Part shown: one piece after another, positions 17,043 through 20,091 of the stretch | Position numbering within the stretch: the stretch's first letter is position 1 | Layout of the letters: each line of letters opens with the position of its first letter | DNA from: a virus | Taxonomy: Duplodnaviria > Heunggongvirae > Uroviricota > Caudoviricetes | Virus record (IMG/VR): IMGVR_UViG_2693429524_000017 | Coordinates: 1 to 20,091 of that record | Strand: one strand, 5' to 3' | DNA length: 20,091 bases | Program-made: the position numbers and the translations under genes | Notes under the pieces: generated by a model | What the model was told of the DNA's origin: nothing | Seen by the model: only the letters and a program-made list of their open reading frames with translations | The model's database searches: none

Positions 17043-17242
17043 GTAAAGAATGTTGTTTCTGCGGCATTAGCGAATCAGACGCTGATCAAACATACATTTA
17101 CTCTAAAGAAACAGGTCGGATGCTGTGTAGTGACTGCGTGTTGGACATCATAAGATACAAGCATCTTGGATGTTCTGCCAGCATTAGCAATATAGGTGAA
17201 GTATATGAAGGGAAAGATATAACTGATAGAGCAGAAAGTTGA
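17039..17242 (+). CDS. Small Cys-rich (zinc-ribbon-like) hypothetical protein, 67 aa, translationally coupled to arc
   Basis: ATG overlaps the arc TGA (ATGA). Cys cluster CCFCG...CSDC...C. Sits between arc and ant, where I recall P22 having only an intercistronic region. Confidence 0.55.
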   Translation: MSKECCFCGISESDADQTYIYSKETGRMLCSDCVLDIIRYKHLGCSASISNIGEVYEGKDITDRAES

Positions 17243-17340
17243 AGCCCCAACTGCTGGAACAGTCAGGGCTTCGGTATCGTAAAACCACACATAGGAATTA
17301 ACGACATGAAAAGTATAGCAACAGCAGTATCTACTATCAA
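17236..17340 (-). ncRNA. sar: Candidate sar-like antisense RNA locus: minus-strand promoter inside the ant 5' end, transcript running antisense across the ant RBS to a hairpin at 17241-17272
   Basis: Minus-strand -35 TTGATA (reverse complement of 17335-17340), 17-bp spacer, -10 TATACT (reverse complement of 17312-17317), placing the start near the ant ATG. An extended hairpin GAAGCCC..ACTG-CTGGAA-CAGT..GGGCTTC lies at 17241-17272. The predicted length of about 65-70 nt is similar to the P22 sar RNA as I recall it. The span includes the promoter. Confidence 0.45.
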
Positions 17341-18172
17341 TGTACCATTCCACGGCGCAGAGCTTTATGTTGTCAATCACAACGGCGAACCGTATACCCC
17401 AATGAAACCTATCGTTGAAGGCATGGGTATGGATTGGGCTTCACAGTTTACGAAAATGAAGCAGCGGTTTAAAACCTCCATTGTGAAAATCACAATGCAG
17501 CTTCCTGGTGATGAACAACGCCGTGAGATTATTTGTTTGGCACTTCGCAAACTTGCAGGTTGGCTGCAAACCATTAGCCCTAACAAAGTCCGCCCTGAAA
17601 TCCGCGACAAGGTAATCCAGTATCAGGAAGAGTGTGACGATGTGCTCTACGAATACTGGACTAAAGGTCATGTAGTTAACCCACGCAAAGCTAAAAAGGC
17701 GTTGCCGGGTAAAATTACCACTGAACAGCAGGAAGCCATTAAACAACTCGTCATGAGTCGCGGTCAGTCTCTGCCAAAAGAAAAACAGGCGAAGGCGATG
17801 ATCACCATGTGGTCGTCACTGAAATCTCATTTTGGGTGTTCATACAAAGAAATCAGCGATGAGCAGTTTACCGAAGCTCTGTCACTTGCAGCTCGTATTC
17901 CACTTGAAGGCGAGTTCATTGGCAAGTCGAAACATAATGAGATGAGTTGTTTTGATTGGAGGATGAATGTTCATAACCTGAACTCGGCGTGCATTCATCT
18001 TGATGCCATGTACAGAATATGGAGAGACGAAATGGAACCCGCTTTGCGATTGCTTGGCTCTCCGGTTGCGACCAGATTTTGCGGAAGAATTGCAGATTGC
18101 TATTCCGTAACTGCAAGCGTTAAGAAAAGTCTGGAGAATGCCGCAGGGCTGAAAGGCTTACAACCATTTTAA
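17306..18172 (+). CDS. ant: Antirepressor Ant (P22 Ant-like), 288 aa
   Basis: N-terminal segment YTPMKPIVEGMGMDWASQFTKMKQRF...ICLALRKLAGWL...YQEECDDVLYEYWTKG is typical of phage antirepressor N-domains; located after arc as in P22 immI. Confidence 0.8.
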   Translation: MKSIATAVSTINVPFHGAELYVVNHNGEPYTPMKPIVEGMGMDWASQFTKMKQRFKTSIVKITMQLPGDEQRREIICLALRKLAGWLQTISPNKVRPEIRDKVIQYQEECDDVLYEYWTKGHVVNPRKAKKALPGKITTEQQEAIKQLVMSRGQSLPKEKQAKAMITMWSSLKSHFGCSYKEISDEQFTEALSLAARIPLEGEFIGKSKHNEMSCFDWRMNVHNLNSACIHLDAMYRIWRDEMEPALRLLGSPVATRFCGRIADCYSVTASVKKSLENAAGLKGLQPF

Positions 18173-18212
18173 CTACCTGCACGAAAAGTGCAGGTCAATC
18201 ATCAACGCAACG

Positions 18213-18236
18213 ACCCAGCTTCGGCTGGGTTTTTTT
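18213..18236 (+). terminator. Rho-independent terminator after ant
   Basis: ACCCAGC-TTCG-GCTGGGT hairpin followed by a T-run (18231-18236). Confidence 0.75.
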
Positions 18237-18294
18237 ATGCCCAAAATTCACCGTAGCCATGCTGCGGCGATTCCTTGTATCTGGAGCAAATTAA

Positions 18295-20091
18295 ATGACA
18301 GACATTACAGCCAATGTTGTAGTGAGCATGCCTTCGCAACTCTTCACTATGGCGCGTTCTTTTAAAGCGGTTGCCAATGGCAAAATTTATATTGGTAAAA
18401 TTGACACTGACCCTGTAAATCCTGAAAACCAGATTCAGGTTTATGTGGAGAACGAAGATGGTTCTCACGTCCCTGTTTCGCAACCAATCACCATTAACGC
18501 TGCTGGTTATCCGGTATATAACGGACAGATTGCCAAGTTCGTAACTGTACAGAATCACTCCATGGCTGTTTATGATGCATATGGTGCACAACAATTCTAT
18601 TATCCTGATCTACTTAAATATTCTCCAGACCAGTTAAGGGCTGAGCTTTCTGGCCCTGATGGCGCATCTCTGGTTGGTTATGGAGGCACAACCGTAAAGA
18701 TTGAGCTGGAGATCTTGAAAGCTACACATGATTCATTAATTGATAAAACAGGATTTAACGCTATTGGCCGCTTTCTCAATCTTTCAGAGCTTCGCTCCTG
18801 TGTTCCAGAGGAGGCAGGGCAGATTGTATACGTAGCATCAGCAGCTAGCACTACACATGCTGAAAACCACCTTGGTGGCGGCTTTTTCGAGTCTGTTGAT
18901 AACATTCAGGCGTGGGCTGATGATGGTGGAATTGTAATCAAGCCAGAAACTGGAACGATGGTATGGAGACGAATTAATTTTACCACTTACGACATGCAAT
19001 TTTGGGGGGTGAAACCTGACGGAGTCACAGATAACGCAACAGCTATAACTCTTGCAACTAACTTTGCCCGCTCAAACAAATGCATTCTAGAGGCTCCTGC
19101 TGGAAACATAAATACATCAAAAACAATCCCAATTTATGACAATATGGGAATTAGAGGACAGGGAAAGGCTGAAGCGACAGTTTTTTATAAAACAACAAAT
19201 GACAAAATAGATCTCACAAAAAATGGAGAAGTAATTCTTCAGGTGGATGCATTATGTGCTTTTATACCAAAACAATGGGATCTAACAGATAACTCAATGA
19301 GTTCATTTTGTGTTAACGGTAGAGTTGAAAACTGCATGTTTAGAAGGCTTGGCTTAACACAAGAAAATGTAGATTCTTATAGAAATTATTACGGACTGTT
19401 TTTAGGAAAATCAGCAGCACCAGTTATCAGACAGTCAATTTTTGAATGTGCTTATATCGGATGCTTCTCTTATGCGCCGTTCTCTGGCGTAATGGAAATG
19501 GTCGGTTTCCCACAATATCCAGGGAAAGGATATGCTGGAGTTTTATTTGAAGATTTTAGGGATGGTCAAATAAAAGTAATAGGCACTTCTATGGATATGC
19601 GCCTTGTTCAGGTTAACGGTTACCAGTTGTCATTTAGAATGTCAGGAATGCAATATACCACCATGACCAATTGTACTGCTGAAAACTGCACGCCAATGGA
19701 TGGGGAGTCAATTTGCTATGCATTTGATTTTGTAAATCCGTATTGCATTGTCATGAATACTTGTGCAACAGAATTTGTTAAGGGTGGGCAACTTCGTGTT
19801 AGCGTTCAGGGAAACCCATCATTCAGACCATCTATTATTGTCAATGGCTTTCTGCCAATTGATCAACAAAGCCCGGTAGTGCAAACACCTATAATAGATA
19901 TTGATAATGGTGGCGTAGTTGAAATGAGTGTCATATTAAATGGTGGAGATTGGGCTATAAATCCATCTGCTACAAATTTAGCCGTACCAAGAGCAAGCGG
20001 AAATGGGTTGAAAGCAAGGTTAATAGGTGTAAACGGGTCGCCTGTTTCGATCTGGAGCGTGTCTCCTGGCGCAGATGTGAAGGAGTTCTAA
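18295..20091 (+). CDS. Tailspike protein (P22 gp9-family N-terminal head-binding domain fused to a divergent receptor-binding domain), 598 aa
   Basis: N-terminus [50 protein letters not shown] matches the conserved P22/Sf6/HK620 particle-binding domain. The remainder is a different, AT-richer domain. GGAG RBS; the TAA is the last codon of the window. Confidence 0.85.
   Translation: MTDITANVVVSMPSQLFTMARSFKAVANGKIYIGKIDTDPVNPENQIQVYVENEDGSHVPVSQPITINAAGYPVYNGQIAKFVTVQNHSMAVYDAYGAQQFYYPDLLKYSPDQLRAELSGPDGASLVGYGGTTVKIELEILKATHDSLIDKTGFNAIGRFLNLSELRSCVPEEAGQIVYVASAASTTHAENHLGGGFFESVDNIQAWADDGGIVIKPETGTMVWRRINFTTYDMQFWGVKPDGVTDNATAITLATNFARSNKCILEAPAGNINTSKTIPIYDNMGIRGQGKAEATVFYKTTNDKIDLTKNGEVILQVDALCAFIPKQWDLTDNSMSSFCVNGRVENCMFRRLGLTQENVDSYRNYYGLFLGKSAAPVIRQSIFECAYIGCFSYAPFSGVMEMVGFPQYPGKGYAGVLFEDFRDGQIKVIGTSMDMRLVQVNGYQLSFRMSGMQYTTMTNCTAENCTPMDGESICYAFDFVNPYCIVMNTCATEFVKGGQLRVSVQGNPSFRPSIIVNGFLPIDQQSPVVQTPIIDIDNGGVVEMSVILNGGDWAINPSATNLAVPRASGNGLKARLIGVNGSPVSIWSVSPGADVKEF

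Noticed and set aside
18175-18195. Hairpin ACCTGCAC-GAAAA-GTGCAGGT immediately after the ant stop
   Set aside because: No U-tract follows it, so it is not called as a terminator; the canonical terminator is 18213-18236. It may be an RNA-stabilising stem.
17075-18594. Minus-strand ORFs overlapping ORF67, ant and the tailspike start (17075-17380, 17377-17610, 17441-17746, 17916-18116, 18235-18594), and 18678-18905 inside the tailspike gene
   Set aside because: Antisense to well-supported genes, and 18235-18594 spans the post-ant terminator; treated as chance ORFs. The region 17236-17340 is instead interpreted as a non-coding antisense RNA.
1-20091. Search for tRNA, rRNA, CRISPR repeats, integrase, attachment sites or transposase/IS elements
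   Set aside because: By eye I found no tRNA-like T-arm motifs in the intergenic regions, no regularly spaced direct repeats, and no ORF with recombinase or transposase character; the window appears to lack these features.

Overview
This window is the late (virion morphogenesis) region of a P22-like podovirus or prophage (Lederbergvirus-type), followed by an AT-rich accessory island, an immI-like mnt/arc/ant module and the tailspike gene. On the + strand the order is: small terminase (with a pac-like site), large terminase, portal, scaffold, coat, a small ORF, gp4, gp10, tail needle gp26 with a C-terminal knob, gp14, then ejection proteins gp7, gp20 and gp16. Where P22 carries sieA, this element has a ~2.4 kb island (14131-16548) with mixed gene orientation and its own terminator. 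The most interesting content there is a tightly coupled two-gene cassette at 14919-15790: a protein that reads as a Panacea/DUF4065 antitoxin-like domain, followed 5 nt later by an unassignable basic 140-aa partner, which I propose as a candidate toxin-antitoxin or abortive-infection module. The immI region has back-to-back overlapping promoters, an Mnt-like and an Arc-like ribbon-helix-helix repressor, an extra Cys-rich ORF inserted between arc and ant, and a likely sar-type antisense RNA over the ant start. All family assignments are from reading the translations and recalling P22 biology; no database search or computation was run, and coordinates of non-CDS features were hand-indexed. No tRNA, rRNA, CRISPR array, integrase or transposase was seen.
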